64,000 nt of DNA from Owenia fusiformis. Lineage: Eukaryota. Shown piece by piece: positions 25,580-38,592 of this stretch; the first letter of the stretch is position 1, and each line of letters begins with the position of its first letter. The notes beneath the pieces were generated by a model. The model saw only the letters and a program-made list of their open reading frames with translations, had not been told where the DNA came from and did not search any database. The stretch covers positions 45,694,001 to 45,758,000 of the forward strand of contig CAIIXF020000001.1 in the NCBI GenBank assembly GCA_903813345.2, given 5' to 3'. The position numbers were made by a program, and so were the translations under genes.

Positions 25580-25930
25580 CAGTTACATGGTAAACGTACA
25601 TTACATTAAACAATTCAAGTAAGTTTAACCAAATGTCACCATTCATCAGTAGACAAGATGCAAGAAGAAATAAGCTTGATCTATTTAAAAAAGTCATTTC
25701 AAAAGTCAAAGTGATATCATGAAATTGCATCTAGAAATGAAGTTTTAAAAGTTATTGATCAACTTTCAATTTTTATTCTCTTAGAAAATATGAGATTTCT
25801 AAGTTGGGTTGATTCCCAATAGAGCCCATACTATAAAACCATTAAAATGAAATATCTTCTTGTAATGAACATTTGAATTATTTTACAGAACATATTCAAA
25901 ATAGTTCATTTACGAAGGTTGAAAATGTAA

Positions 25931-26510
25931 CCCCCCTATCACACCAAACTAGTTCTTACCCGTTCTTGCCAGTCCTACGAAAATGTCGTAAAACGGGCTC
26001 GATCTGGCTGCGGTCGGGATATATGTCTAAAATAATTAGCTACTTCGTTCATAAACAGTCTTCAATACGTCCATCACGTTCGCAGTTCGTTCAGGTCGCA
26101 CCACGTCGGTGTGCAACGTAGTATAAACCGTCCCTTAGTCTAGAAGGTCATCATGACCTGATTACAGAACGGTATGGTCGCCATCGAATTTTGAATCGAT
26201 TCAAATTTCTAAATCACATACCCCGTCCGGGAAAGTCCATGAAGTTCGTAAACAGACCGTAGAACGTTGTAGCTACATTCATTCAGATCGCACACAGTTT
26301 AAAACCGATTCGGCAACGTTTTGATGATCACCAGAAAATGTTGAGCATGCTCTACGTGCTGGAGGACCTACTCGTTCTAGTAGTTTCATGAAGTTTGTAA
26401 ACAGATCCCAAACGGTTCTTAGTGGGTTCGTAGTACGTCAAATCCGTTCGTGCACAGTTTAAGCCCGTTTTCGAGAACGTAGTGAGAACTAGTTTGGTGT
26501 GATAGTAGGG
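25931..26510. mobile_element. Harbinger-like MITE, copy 1
   Basis: TAA|CCCCCCTATCACACCAAACTAGTTCT ... AGAACTAGTTTGGTGTGATAGTAGGG|TTA. Confidence 0.75.
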
Positions 26511-27257
26511 TTAGATAACACTGCACTGATTTACTAACCCCCCTATCACACCAAACTAGTTCTTACCCGTTCTTGCAAGTCCTACGAAAACGTCGTCAAA
26601 CGGGCTCAATCTGGCTGTGGTCGGGAAATATGTCTAAAATAATTAGCTACTTCGTTCATAAACAGTCTTCAATAAGCCCATCTCATTCGCAGTTCGTTCA
26701 GGTAGCACCACGTCGGTGTGCAACGTCGTGTAACGCGTCCCTTATTCTAGAAGGTCATCATGACCTGATTACAGAACGGTATGGTCGCCATCGTATTTTG
26801 AATCGATTCAAAATTCTAAATCACATTTCCCAACCGGGAAAGTCCATGAAGTTCGTAAATAGACCGTAGAACGTTGTAGCTACGTTCATTCCGTTCGCGC
26901 ACAGTTTAAAACCAGTTTTGAAGAACGCAGCGGCAACTTGCTTGGTGTGATAGCTATATTTTTGTAAACTCGTTGATAAATACGTTCTTAATCATTTTTA
27001 ACCCGTTTGCAATTAGTTCTACCTTGTTCTCAATACGTCCTAAGACAGTTCAACTCGTTGTAAAAACGTCCCTAGTAGGATTGAAGTACGACGGTTCCGT
27101 TTGTAGTACGTTCAGCCCGTCGTTATTAGGTTGTTACTCGTTCTAAATGTAGAGCTTAAATGACCAAGAGAACATTTTGAGCATGTTCTAAGTTCTAGAG
27201 GACCTACTCGTTGGAGTACGTTCGATGAAGTTTGTAAATAGACCCCAGACGGTTCTA

Positions 27258-29256
27258 CAGGGTGGGCCAATAAAAATTGGAACATTTTTCTATTTAGTCA
27301 ATTTTCTTTATTATTGCAGTTCTAGTCAACAAAAATTCAGATAATGGTAAAATGATTATTTGTGAAAATGTTAAATATAAAAATATGAATGTATGATTGT
27401 TTTTGGCTTGTCATGGTCATGATCCGTGTACTGCGTGCGTCATGAAAAATTTCCAAATTTTTCTACTTGAAACATCATTGCTGAAAGTACAGTATCTCAT
27501 ACAATTACAATATATGCCCTTCAAATGGTTTCAACACAATTTCCATCAATTAAAACAAATGTAGTTATCTCTAGGAGAAGCTAGACATGTCTCCTTTGGA
27601 TAGTATAGCTTAACTCAGATGTTTTGCAAAGCTGGCACAATATGTCTCACACCTATCATTTAAGCCATGCATGACTGTCATATACACCTCAGACAAATTG
27701 TCCAGGTGGGTGGAGGACATGTTCAGTAATTAAATGTTGAGTTTGTATATTCATATTACACAAGCTGTTTACAATGAATTGTTTTTCAAATTCTATAAGT
27801 TTGGAAAATAATACATGACTAACAAAAATGTCACAATAGATGGAAAACTGTTACTATTTTTGTTCTTACTTAGCGCAATGGTTTCCTGAACCTCGGCCCA
27901 CCTGAACAATCAGTCTGAGCTGTACTTGACAGTCATACATGGCTTAAATGACATGTCTAGGTCATGTTTTGACATGTCTAGGTTCTCCTAGAGATAACTA
28001 CATTTTAGAAATTGTGTTGAGACCATTTGAAGGGTACATATTCACCCTGGACGAAGTGATAAGGTCAAAACAAGTGGCTCCGATTTAGGAAAATACGATC
28101 TTCCTAAAAAATAATAATTTTAGTACCCCAATTTTTGTAAGGTTAAATTCTTGTGAACAAAGAGGAGAATCATATACAATTTTGTATTATGTTCAAGTGG
28201 TACATCTTAAACTACTCAGTTCGTGTGTTTTAAATTGAATGGAACGCGCATTAGTGGCTGGAGTGTAAATTAAAGTTGAGAATTATATCTCCCGCTAAAA
28301 ATTACGATTTTATATTGTCAAAATATCTTTCATTGATGATCAATGATGCATATAAACGTTCATGCACACCGAGATTGTATGTTTCTTTTCATATGTGCAT
28401 TTACAGCATCGACAGTTATTTCAATTTGATGTGATGCCTATTGTTTTACTCCCGACGACGAACATTTGAGGAAAAGACGCGATTATTGATTTGGAAGCCT
28501 ACACAGCTGAAAGTAAACAAGTGATTAATTAGACATCCATTCCACGTATTTTCCATATATTCTGTGGGAATCGGAGCCGCGTTTTTTCCAGAAAATAATT
28601 CTAATCTCGTCTCAGGGACGTAAATTACTACTTGTATTAGAAAAATAATAGTGATATGACATTCCCTGGTTCATAAACTATCATATCGCCAAATATCAAT
28701 GGATTTGAAACAGAGTATCTACCATTTTTTCGAAAATAATCAAAAAAAAATATTGCGGTTATTTACAAAAATATATTATTTCAATTCGTATTCATTTCGT
28801 TTCTTAGTATTAATCGTTACAATATTATATATAGAGAGGTGGATATGTCTTGGATCAATGTACCGAGTTTGAACATGTCATGTGGCCAATAAAGGGTATA
28901 ATTTAAAGAAATAAACTCACCCCTGCTCTGTCATGTTTATTTTTAGGAAGATCGTATTTTCCTAAATCGGAGCCACTTGTTTTGACCTTATCACTTCGTC
29001 CAGGGTGATATTGTATGGTTGAGATACTGTACTTTCAGTAGTGATGTTTCAAGCAGAGAAAATTTGGAAATTTTTCATGACGCACGCAGTATACAGATCA
29101 TGACCATGACAAGCCAAATATAATCATACATTCATATTTTTATCTTTAACATTTTCACAAGTAATCATTTTACCATTATCTGAATTTTTGTGTATTAAAC
29201 TGCAAAAATAAAGACAACTCGATAAATAGAAAAATGTTCCATATTGGCCCACCCTG
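27258..29256. mobile_element. Tc1/mariner-like foldback MITE with long TIRs
   Basis: TA|CAGGGTGGGCCAATA ... TATTGGCCCACCCTG|TA; arms mirror each other over more than 400 bp. Confidence 0.85.
28043..29007. mobile_element. Transib-like MITE (CAC ends, 5-bp TSD ATATT)
   Basis: ATATT|CACCCTGGACGAAGTGATAAGG ... CCTTATCACTTCGTCCAGGGTG|ATATT; perfect TIR of about 65 bp. Confidence 0.88.
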
Positions 29257-29388
29257 TAAGTACGTCCAGTCCGTTCGTACACAGTTGAAGCCCGTTTTCG
29301 AGAACGTAGTGAGAACTAGTTTGGTGTGATAGTAGGGTAAATCTATTCATTGAAGTTCAGTAAAACTTTTTCTATGTCTGCCATTGTC

Positions 29389-30210
29389 TGCAGAGTTTCC
29401 ATATTCCCTAACATGGGGGATCAAAATGTTTTCTAGCTTCAATTTATTGTTTGTTTGGCCCAAGGTCAGAGTTTAAAAAGTGTATACATCATACCGGTGA
29501 ATGTTTGCCTGGTATGATAAAAACGGGAAATAAAAAGATAGGATTGATAAAGGACAATGCACTTTTTTCTTTACAGAGGTTATCAATATTTGAAATACTA
29601 AAATTTACACTGCACTGGCCGAATAACATGGGACCTAAACTCAAAATTTTGGATGATCCTTCCCAGAGATGTTATCCGTGAAAGCCCAAATTATGTAATT
29701 TCAAAATTCAAGAAAAACGTCATTTTAATGGATATGAATAACAGATATACTAAGTATATAAACAATGGCATAGTACCGACGCCATTTATACGTGTGTGCA
29801 GAGTTGCCATATTCCCTAACATGGGGGATCAAAATGTTTTCTAGCTTCAATTTTTTGTTTGTTTGGCCAAAGGCATTTGGTCAGAGTATATGTATAGTGT
29901 ATACATCATACCGGTGAATGTTTGGTATGATAAAAACGGGAAATAAAAAGATAGGATTGATAAAGGACAATGCACTTTTTTCTTTACAGAGGGTATCAAT
30001 ATTTGAAATACTAAAATTTACACTGCACTGGCCGAATAACATGGGACATAACTCAAAATTTTGGATGATCCTTCCCAGAGATGTTATCCGTGAAAGCCCA
30101 AATTATGTAATTTCAAAATTCAAGAAAAAACGTCATTTTAATGGATATGAATATCAGATATACTAAGTGTATAAACAATGACATAGTATCGACGCTATTT
30201 ATACGTGTGT
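29389..30210. repeat. Tandem duplication, unit about 410 bp, 2 copies
   Basis: tgcagagtt.ccatattccctaacatgggggatcaaaatg at 29389 and 29797; colinear through to atttatacgtgtgt. Confidence 0.9.
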
Positions 30211-31298
30211 CCTTCTGTCAGACCACAAGTCATCGTCAACTATCTCGGGAGCTATATGGACTATTTCTCTATTTCCTTCATATTTAGTTTGGATGATATT
30301 GGATCATTGGATCATATTGATTGTCATCCAAAATCTTTCATTTTTCATTTTATACCAGAATCAATTGGTTTTTTCATGTTTTGAAATGAATTAAATTTCA
30401 AACAATTCTCATTTTCTCTTTTCGTTTTTGAAAATTTTCACTGTATAACTTTTTTCAAATATCTTCCTTAACAAATACCAAAAGCACAATTAAATTCACA
30501 GTGAAGACAAGTTATTAAATGTTTAAAGCGTGACTGCCTTGTGATTTTTCTCCCGGACAATCAGTGATGTTCCATTCTGACTGTTTTATTTGAAATAAAT
30601 TCACAATTCGTTGAACAAAACGTCCTTCAAAATCAACGTTTTGATAACACTAGGTAGGGCTATAATGTTTAACACAAAATATGTTAGCTTGTTTGATTGT
30701 TATGTATTGGTGTTAATCATTACTAAAAATCATGAATGTACGTGACAAAATTATATTTGAAATAAATTCACAATTTTTGAACAAAAAGTCGTTCACAATC
30801 AATCATTGATGCCATTGGGCAGGACATAATATAAATGGTTTACTTTACGAACATGGGGGCTTTGAAATATGTATCAGCTTTACGTTCCTAGTAAAGATTT
30901 TTTGAACGCTAATATTTTAATTAAAACAATAAATCAGGGTCTATTGGTTTGAAAACATGTAGTTTTGTTGCGTTGGCTGACTAAAATATGTGTGGAATCC
31001 ACGGGGGAAAAGAAGTTACAGCAAAATTTAAAGTATGGACGTATTTGGTCCACCTTGTATATACAGAAACTATATGTATAACTTGTACAAAACATTATAA
31101 TGAATTAAAATAAATTAGATTACACGAATCAGATGTTTTGTGATTAACACTCACAATTATTTCAATATATCTTCTATCTAGTGTAAGAATATGAAAACAT
31201 GAGTATATCATATGGTAACATAATAATTATATAACTTTACAATGACATAACTGCAGCGTTTGAGTTTAGGATTGATGTCAACTGAATGGAAGGTATTT

Positions 31299-32188
31299 CA
31301 CCCTTGGTATACGCAGCTAACGAAAATTGACCGGCACGGGTCAAAAGCTGGACCGGCACGGGTCAACGGTTTTATTTGAATTTAAAACAGCCATAACTTG
31401 CTCAATATTGACTTCCTCGTGTCTAATTTGAAATATATGATGCCTCCCGATGCTTTTAAGTACCCCAATTTTTTACAGATTTTTAAACGGACCAAAACTC
31501 TCTAAATGCGCATTTATGCTCTTTTCTCTCGAGAACGACTGTCTCATTTTCACGATAACTTTTATTTAGTACTTCTAACATATAAGATCTATTTTTCCCC
31601 ATCAAGGTATGATGTAAATGACATGCTATTTACATCTTGTGAGTTTCAATGACGCGCGTTTGATTTTATAAAAAATGCCAAACTTTGTGACAAAGAATTT
31701 CATCAGCTATTGCCCCGAACCGGTCCGTCTTCTCGCTACAAGCAGATTGCCCCGAACCGGTCCGTCTTCTCACTGCAAGCAGGATGAAATTCTTTGTCAC
31801 AAAGTTTGGCATTTTTTATAAAATCAAACGCGCGTCATTGAAACTCACAAGATGTAAATAGCATGTCATTTACATCATACCTTGATGGGGAAAAATAGAT
31901 CTTATATGTTAGAAGTACTAAATAAAAGTTATCGTGAAAATGAGACAGCCGTTCTCGAGAGAAAAGAGCATAAATGCGCATTTAGAGAGTTTTGGTCCGT
32001 TTAAAAATCTGTAAAAAATTGGGGTACTTAAAAGCATCGAGAGGCACCATATATTTCAAATTAGACACGAGGAAGTCATTATTGAGCAAGTTATGGCTAT
32101 TTTAAATTCAAATAAAACCGTTAACCCATGCCGGTCCAGCTTTTGACCCGTGCCGGTCAATTTTCGTTAGCTGCGTATACCAAGGGTG
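31299..32188. mobile_element. Young Transib-like foldback MITE (5-bp TSD TATTT), near-perfect 890-bp palindrome
   Basis: TATTT|CACCCTTGGTATACGCAGC ... GCTGCGTATACCAAGGGTG|TATTT; arms of about 405 bp; central direct repeat of about 38 bp, twice. Confidence 0.92.
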
Positions 32189-33333
32189 TATTTAAAGTGG
32201 CGGCAAAGAATAGGGATCAAAGAGTGTAAAAAGTCGGAAACAATTTCTGTAAAACATGTTAATTTCATCCTTATTGTATTATCTGTAGTGGAATTCACGT
32301 ATCTGATAAACCAAAGTATTATTTTGAAATAAAATCGGAACTGTTGGACGGTTGTGATAATTTAAGAATGTTATCGTCAACTCAACACTATTCTTTGTTG
32401 CCCCGTTTACATATTAAAGCAACCCTTCAATCAGCCAACAATTAAATCGCCAGAATGTATGTAGGTCCATGAGTTACGTGAGGTAAGTTTGAAATAAATG
32501 CATTAATAGTGAGCTAGTTTGTTTAACAGACCTATCTCTTCAGAAGACTAAGTCTCCGGAAAACACAGTAAAACGATCTCCTCGTCCCCTCGTTAAATAC
32601 GTGGGCTAAAATGTCCTCATTTGAGAGCACCAATGTGTCAAATCCAGATGCATGATTCCCTTGTCCAAAAATGATAGTGGGTGATTATTCATAGACAACT
32701 TCATACACATGTGTTGTTTTTGTGATGTCTAGTGTAACAGTGATTGTTGCCTTTAAACTTAATATTGTTTTCCTTGGTTGACATGCTTATATATGCTGAC
32801 CCACTTCGATATGCTGATCATACACAGTTTGAACCATGACGGTATCACTACATACTTAGAAGGACGAATTCCCGATGGATTTTCTTTCAAATCAGCATTG
32901 TGGCCGATAGTTCCGAGCAGTGACATCTAGAGTGGCTTTCATTCGGTAAGGTTCGGTCTTTTAGAAACTGGTTGAAAGATCGCAGGTACACACATTTGGA
33001 TTGTGTGTATGTGTAGTTGTTTCGCTTGGTTTGATCAGTTTGGGAAATGTATTTCCCTTGCATATCTTATCTGTATCGCATTGTTGCTTCGTTCGTCCGG
33101 TTATTTGTCAAAATATAACACTGTTGTCTGTACAATCACTTTAAATAGCAAGAACTGATGTAATAAGATAGTTATGATCATAGATAAGGCAAATCATCAA
33201 ACTATACATCGTACATGTATATATGTATACAATATGTGTACTTTCATTAAATGATAAATATCAATATATGCTCTGCTGTCATAAACATCCTTCTTGCGAA
33301 CAATGACGTAATCAGACAGAAATATGCCTCTAT

Positions 33334-33642
33334 TTAAGATTTAGTGTGGTGCTTCTTTCCTTTCTTTTCATTCTTCGCTTTTCTAGATTTCTTATCTTTC
33401 TTATGTTTCCTATGCTTGTGTCCCTTTCGTACTTTGTCGCTAGTTCCCCTAGCCGCGGCCGCCTTAATGGGACCGTCATTAAAGCTAAGAAGACTACTGA
33501 AGTCTGGGCGAATAATAGAGCGTCCGTCAACTTTACCCCAGACACCAATCACGTATGACTCGATGTCGCACTCGTTCACACCTTTTCGAATTCGAAAATA
33601 TCCATTTTCTCCCCATTGTGTCCCCCAGGAGTTAGCAGCGAT
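33334..33642 (-). CDS. TINAGL1: TINAG-like protein, exon 9 (last)
   Basis: cacttccag|[39 protein letters not shown] plus a basic tail; TAA at 33336-33334. Confidence 0.92.
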   Translation of the reverse strand: MAANSWGTQWGENGYFRIRKGVNECDIESYVIGVWGKVDGRSIIRPDFSSLLSFNDGPIKAAAARGTSDKVRKGHKHRKHKKDKKSRKAKNEKKGKKHHTKS

Positions 33643-33814
33643 CTGGAAGTGAAAAGATCGAACGTGGCTTTACGGAGACCAAAGATTGGAAACAGGACTT
33701 AAGCTTATTAGGATTTTTTATTCATAAGTGCAAAAAGCTTTGTTAACATGGAACATAATTTATGATGTTTTGGTAGCTTTATATAACTTCATAATCGTGG
33801 CCGTTTATTCTTAC

Positions 33815-33857
33815 CCAATATTTCTCCTCCCCAAGTGAGGTTTGTTCTGAGCCCCAT
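33815..33857 (-). CDS. TINAGL1: TINAG-like protein, exon 8
   Basis: tttcag|A TGG...TGG|gtaaga; (G)WGSEQTSLGEEKYW. Confidence 0.9.
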
Positions 33858-35165
33858 CTGAAACAAAGATAAAACATAAAGTATTCAACGGTATGTCTCG
33901 TATGTCTAAATCTTGTTTTTCGTGAGATTTTAAGAGATTTACATATTAGACCTCTAATGACTTACATTACCTTCTTTTAAATAGCATCTTTGAATTCAGT
34001 GAACTGTTTTCTCCTATATTAGCTTTGATTTACACAGTTATGTAATTTGAACAATTTTCTATGCCAATTTAAAAAAACTTGGGCAAAATCTCCATAGATG
34101 CAATGCTAAAATTCTTTAAAACCTTGGATTATTTGTTTGTCAACCGACAATTGGATGTTTAATCACAACATGTACATAAACAGGGTGATCATGTAGTATG
34201 TCATTCAAGTTTTATATACATTCAACTAAGACTCTTTGATAAATCATAAAATTAAGCCACTTTTCCAAGATTTTAGCTTGTAAGTGAATGGAACTCTAGC
34301 CCAAATTAAAAGCTGAATAAAAGATGGCAGCACTATATTCCATGCATTGTTTTTTCTTCTATTTAGAAACTATCCTATTGATCCTTCCGCTAGAATGATA
34401 AGACCACACACGATAGATGGCAAGAACAAAAACAAGAATATAGTCCAGTTATTCTAATTACGTGACCAGCATCACCAGTGGTTTGATTTTGGTAAGTCCG
34501 TGAATGAAATAGTGTATAACACATGATTTGCTATGATTAAGGTGCATTTCCTTTGAATAGCTTGAACTTTATGACCTCGCCCTGTCAAAATCAGAGTGAT
34601 AATTTTTGACATTTCTTATAGAAGGCGTATTCAAAACCAATTAAAGCACCATACAGTGAAATAATCAGGGAGGTTAAGTTACACGTTTAAAGAGAACGTA
34701 TTTCGACCCCATGGATTGCTGTTCCGCTCTCAATTCACTATCCCAGGGATATCCCAGAATAGTAGATTAATAAAGATGAGAAAGCAAGATCATTTGTTGA
34801 AAAAATGAGTGGGGTATTTTGAAAAAATCCTAAATGGTTTATCGGAGAGTCGAATTGATAATTTAATTATCCAGGAAGAATTGGATGAAAACAAATTATT
34901 TTGATGAAACATTTTGAATTCATGGTGAGAAAAAGACTCATGGGCAAAAATATGACTGTCTAAAATCCGTGCTAAAATCATCGGCATACCATACGTGGTC
35001 CTTTAAGGCCTCTTGTATCTTGATGCACCCTTTCCCTAAATAACAAGAGTCCACAGATTTAATACACACGGCATAATTTATCTGAAATATACAAAACTAG
35101 TTTACCTAAAATATTAATGGGTTAGTGGGGTGGGTGGGTTAGTGTACTTCCAAAAACGGACTTAC

Positions 35166-35323
35166 CCGACTATTCTAACTGAGTGGTAGCCGACTTTCCC
35201 AGTGTCATCTGGTGCGTTGGAATGTTTATAGATGCCGCCCCTGTACATAAAGAAATCCTCCTTTACAGCAAAGGTGGCCTGGACAGGACCATTTGTGAGG
35301 ATCTCTTTCATGATTTCTCTTTC
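35166..35323 (-). CDS. TINAGL1: TINAG-like protein, exon 7
   Basis: EREIMKEILTNGPVQATFAVKEDFFMYRGGIYKH...GYHSVRIV(G); canonical AG/GT sites. Confidence 0.92.
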
Positions 35324-35569
35324 CTGTAACAAAATAGCACTTTGGCAGACTCAGTTATCATTGTCAAGTTTGAATTGATCCCTGTTTATCCACTGATATC
35401 GAAATGAAATGAGTGAGTGTATGGATTTCCATCATAATTATTCCAAATATGTGAGATCTTGGTATCAAAAGTTAAATGCGTGTATTTTGACATGATACTG
35501 TTGTTAATTACTTAAAACAATGGACCACAATGACATATATAAATGACTTTAAAAAGTAATGCTGCTTAC

Positions 35570-35738
35570 ATCGTCCCTGATTCTATATGGTGGAGTTGAT
35601 TGGTAAATATTCTGTGACGCAATCCTATTGCTGGTGCAAAGAACATTCTTGGATCGCAGTGAAGATCTGTTGATATAACACTTTCCTTTAGCATTGTTCT
35701 GGCCACTAGTGTAAGGGTAGCATTCCTCGGTTACGACT
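35570..35738 (-). CDS. TINAGL1: TINAG-like protein, exon 6
   Basis: (G)VVTEECYPYTSGQ...IYQSTPPYRIRDD; AG/GT sites, frame consistent. Confidence 0.92.
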
Positions 35739-36039
35739 CTAAAATCACACCAACAACGTATTCTATTTTAGGCCCACTTTGCTATGGTACAATTCGAATC
35801 CTGCTTCCTTCAGCGGATACTTATAATTGTAGATAAATTCAAATAAATCTGGATCATGGTAAGTGGTACTTGATCAGTATTGAAGGTTTACAAGTATAAA
35901 CTTAAAACAGGGCTGCGTACTATACATGTTAGCATTGGCATGGTATGTGGCTTTATTGAACAAGTGTTGATTTTTGTTGATTTGTGTGAGGCCATGTGAT
36001 GCCAGGGTTAAGGTAGGCCCATCAATTATCATTTAGACA

Positions 36040-36385
36040 TGTCCCCACCCACATTTTCATTTTTAAGAAGTTACATCAACTCTTAAATCAAATATGACCC
36101 ACCCTCATTTTCATTGTAAAAGTCACATCAATGATTAATTAAATATGACCCCATCCTCATTTTCATTTTTAAAACGTCACATCAACTATTAATTAAATAT
36201 GACCCCACCCTAATTTTCATTCTTAAGAAGTCACATCAACTCTTAATCAAATATGACCCCACCCTAATTTTCATTCTTAAGAAGTCACATCAACTCTTAG
36301 TCAAACATGACCCCTTCCTCATTTTCATTTTAAAAAGTCACATCAACTCCAAATCAAATATGACCCAGCCCTAATTTCATCACAC
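36040..36385. repeat. Minisatellite, unit about 53 bp, about 6 copies (TINAGL1 intron 5)
   Basis: gaccccaccctaattttcattcttaagaagtcacatcaactcttaatcaaatat repeated. Confidence 0.9.
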
Positions 36386-36954
36386 CTCATCCTTTTGTAC
36401 ATTCTCGTTTACCTCATCACCTCAAATTTCTCTAACCGCCATCTTCTTTCACCGTGTACCATGAATTAACCTCCGAGAACACAAAATCATTTGTTTATTT
36501 TCCACCCTCACAATGCACTTCAAAAATTAGATATTGTTTAGAATTTTTGGAGAAACATGATCTTAAGACCTACTGTAACGTGTGAGATTGCAATGCACAG
36601 TACACTCCCTGTCAAAAGTTTGAAATCCCAAATTCCGTTAGCCTGTTTACGATTGGTTATTTAGAAAATCATCGGATTTGCCTTTCCCACCTAGGCTTAA
36701 TGCAATCGTGAGCGGCAATAAAAATGTAGCTTTTGAAGAGGAGTACTTATTAATTCCATTGAAAATGATATGATACTTTGATATTTAGCAGGAAAGTAAA
36801 TTCATTTATACTTAGTATACAAAGATAAATACGACTAAATAAATAACACTGGTAACAACCCCCCTCCCTCCCAAATTAGGTTCACGATGGACGAATTTTG
36901 AAGTCGACATATAAGCATCTTAAAACGAGAGGCCATTGCACGTTGTAAACTTAC

Positions 36955-37105
36955 CCTAGTTTTCTCATGTACCACCAGGCCCTATCCAGGTGGCCCCCTT
37001 CACACCCCAGCTGCTTGCGACCGTTGCAAGAGATAAGCTGTTGTGGGGAGAGATCCACATTGATAGATCCGATGGAATGCAGTGCCAGTCGGTCAGAGGC
37101 CACAG
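36955..37105 (-). CDS. TINAGL1: TINAG-like protein, exon 5
   Basis: (A)[49 protein letters not shown](G). Confidence 0.93.
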
Positions 37106-37415
37106 CTGAAACAGAAATATTCGTTTATACAAACGATATCACACCAAATTGGTACTCTCAGACGTATGTATGGATTTGAAAATAAACTGTGGTAGAACTT
37201 GGTGCTTTTTTACATTTGTATAGTATTGAAGACTCCGACAAGCAATTTTGCTGGAATCGCGTATGCCAAGACTCCTAAAATGACCACCAAAAGATGGCCA
37301 CCTAAAAATTATTTAACTCTAGAACTTCTAGTGATACACTCTGACAAATGTACAAATTTGGAGATAACCCAACAAGGTATTCAGGTAAAGAATCATGTCA
37401 AAATTTTCAACTAAC

Positions 37416-37648
37416 CAGCTGTGCTAAAGGCCCATGAGGACCCACAATTCCCCTGGTCACGTATGGCGGACACCGATCCTTCCCATTCGTCACGAGAGTC
37501 AAAAGCAGATGGGAGTCTTTCGTCTACTCTCACTCGCAATGACGTCATGTGTATTACATCACTGTCCGGTAAAAATGTCCCTAATCTGTACTTTAATCCA
37601 AATCCTAATGTCTTTCCCCACAAAAAAGAATAATTACCGGCTCTCCAC
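37416..37648 (-). CDS. TINAGL1: TINAG-like protein, exon 4 (papain-fold active-site region, Cys replaced by Ser)
   Basis: WRAGNYSFLWGKTLGFGLKYRLGT...LPSAFDSRDEW...IRDQGNCGSSWAFSTA. Confidence 0.93.
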
Positions 37649-37789
37649 CTTTAAATTACATAACAATATGAAAATACAAATTGCAATTTCTTAATTTTGA
37701 TCAGCAACAGATATATTAATACGATATCTCAATACACAGAAATTGTTTGAGGAATTATGACTTACTGATTATAACTAAATGGCACTAAC

Positions 37790-37900
37790 CCTTCATAGCC
37801 TCTGTTAACGTGTTCTATGATCGAATCCCTGATGAGACATACTTCTCCATCACATTGCCACAAGTAATGGTTTTGTCTGAACTGGTTTTCTACACACGTG
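37790..37900 (-). CDS. TINAGL1: TINAG-like protein, exon 3
   Basis: (C)TCVENQFRQNHYLWQCDGEVCLIRDSIIEHVNRGYE(G); donor GG|gttagt, with an alternative in-frame donor at 37765. Confidence 0.88.
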
Positions 37901-38273
37901 CTATAATATTCAGATGAATAGAGCTACATATTAATCGCAATTAATCGTTTTCAAAAAGCAAACTATGGCACATGATTTGGGGAATAACGCGGGTTATGGC
38001 TAGGGGCGATTACAAAGTTCAAAACTCGAACCACAAACTACAACCATTTTTCACTTCAGAATTTGAATCTTCAGTTTTTGTCTTATTAGCTCGCTTTGAA
38101 CGCACTGAACGAACTATCGCTAGAAAATCGGCTATTCTCACAGCAGTTCATTCGTGCGTTCCTTGCCATAGAAATACATTTAGGCCCGAAAAGCACTGAA
38201 TAAATTGCTTGGAGATTGAAGATCGAATTGGAACCCTGGGAGCCAATCCTCCTATATCAAGGACTGGCAGCAA

Positions 38274-38466
38274 TTATTCAAACTCGATACTCCGTTGCCC
38301 GGCGTGGAACAATTTAGTAAAAATATTATCAAGTATTCCAATAGAAGATGTACATTCCGAATATTATTGTAATCAAGTTTCAAATATGAGTTCTGGTCTT
38401 CAAAATATGAGTGATATTGTTTCTAAATTGGTCCACGCCGGGCAACGGAGTAGCGAGTTTGGATAA
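38274..38466. mobile_element. Small MITE / inverted repeat
   Basis: ttattcaaactcgatactccgttgcccggcgtggaacaatttag vs ctaaattggtccacgccgggcaacggagtagcgagtttggataa. Confidence 0.7.
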
Positions 38467-38592
38467 CGGCTTTCGATCCTCCTTGATATTTTTCGCTGAG
38501 ATTTACCCCTCGTTCAATTCCATCCCTGTATATCATATTCAGGTGTTCCAAATAACAACAATACATTAGAATATTGATCAAAGACTACTCAC

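Larger units (their letters stand above)
26538..29337. mobile_element. Harbinger-like MITE, copy 2, host of nested insertions
   Basis: Same TIRs as copy 1, TAA...TAA flanks; the first 360 bp or so are highly similar to copy 1. Confidence 0.75.

Noticed and set aside
25873..26869. Paired similar ORFs (82 and 98 aa)
   Set aside because: They lie in duplicated MITE copies with differing stops and no protein motif.
29451..30166. Similar ORFs in the 410-bp duplication
   Set aside because: Frameshifted between copies; no splice or homology support.
33330..33652. ORFs 33344-33652(+), 33346-33558(+) and 33330-33548(-)
   Set aside because: Antisense or alternative frames of TINAGL1 exon 9; the hydrophobicity mirrors the Lys-rich tail.
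37411..37623. Active cathepsin B
   Set aside because: The catalytic Cys is Ser, and an N-terminal somatomedin-B exon joins in frame, which indicates the TINAG family.
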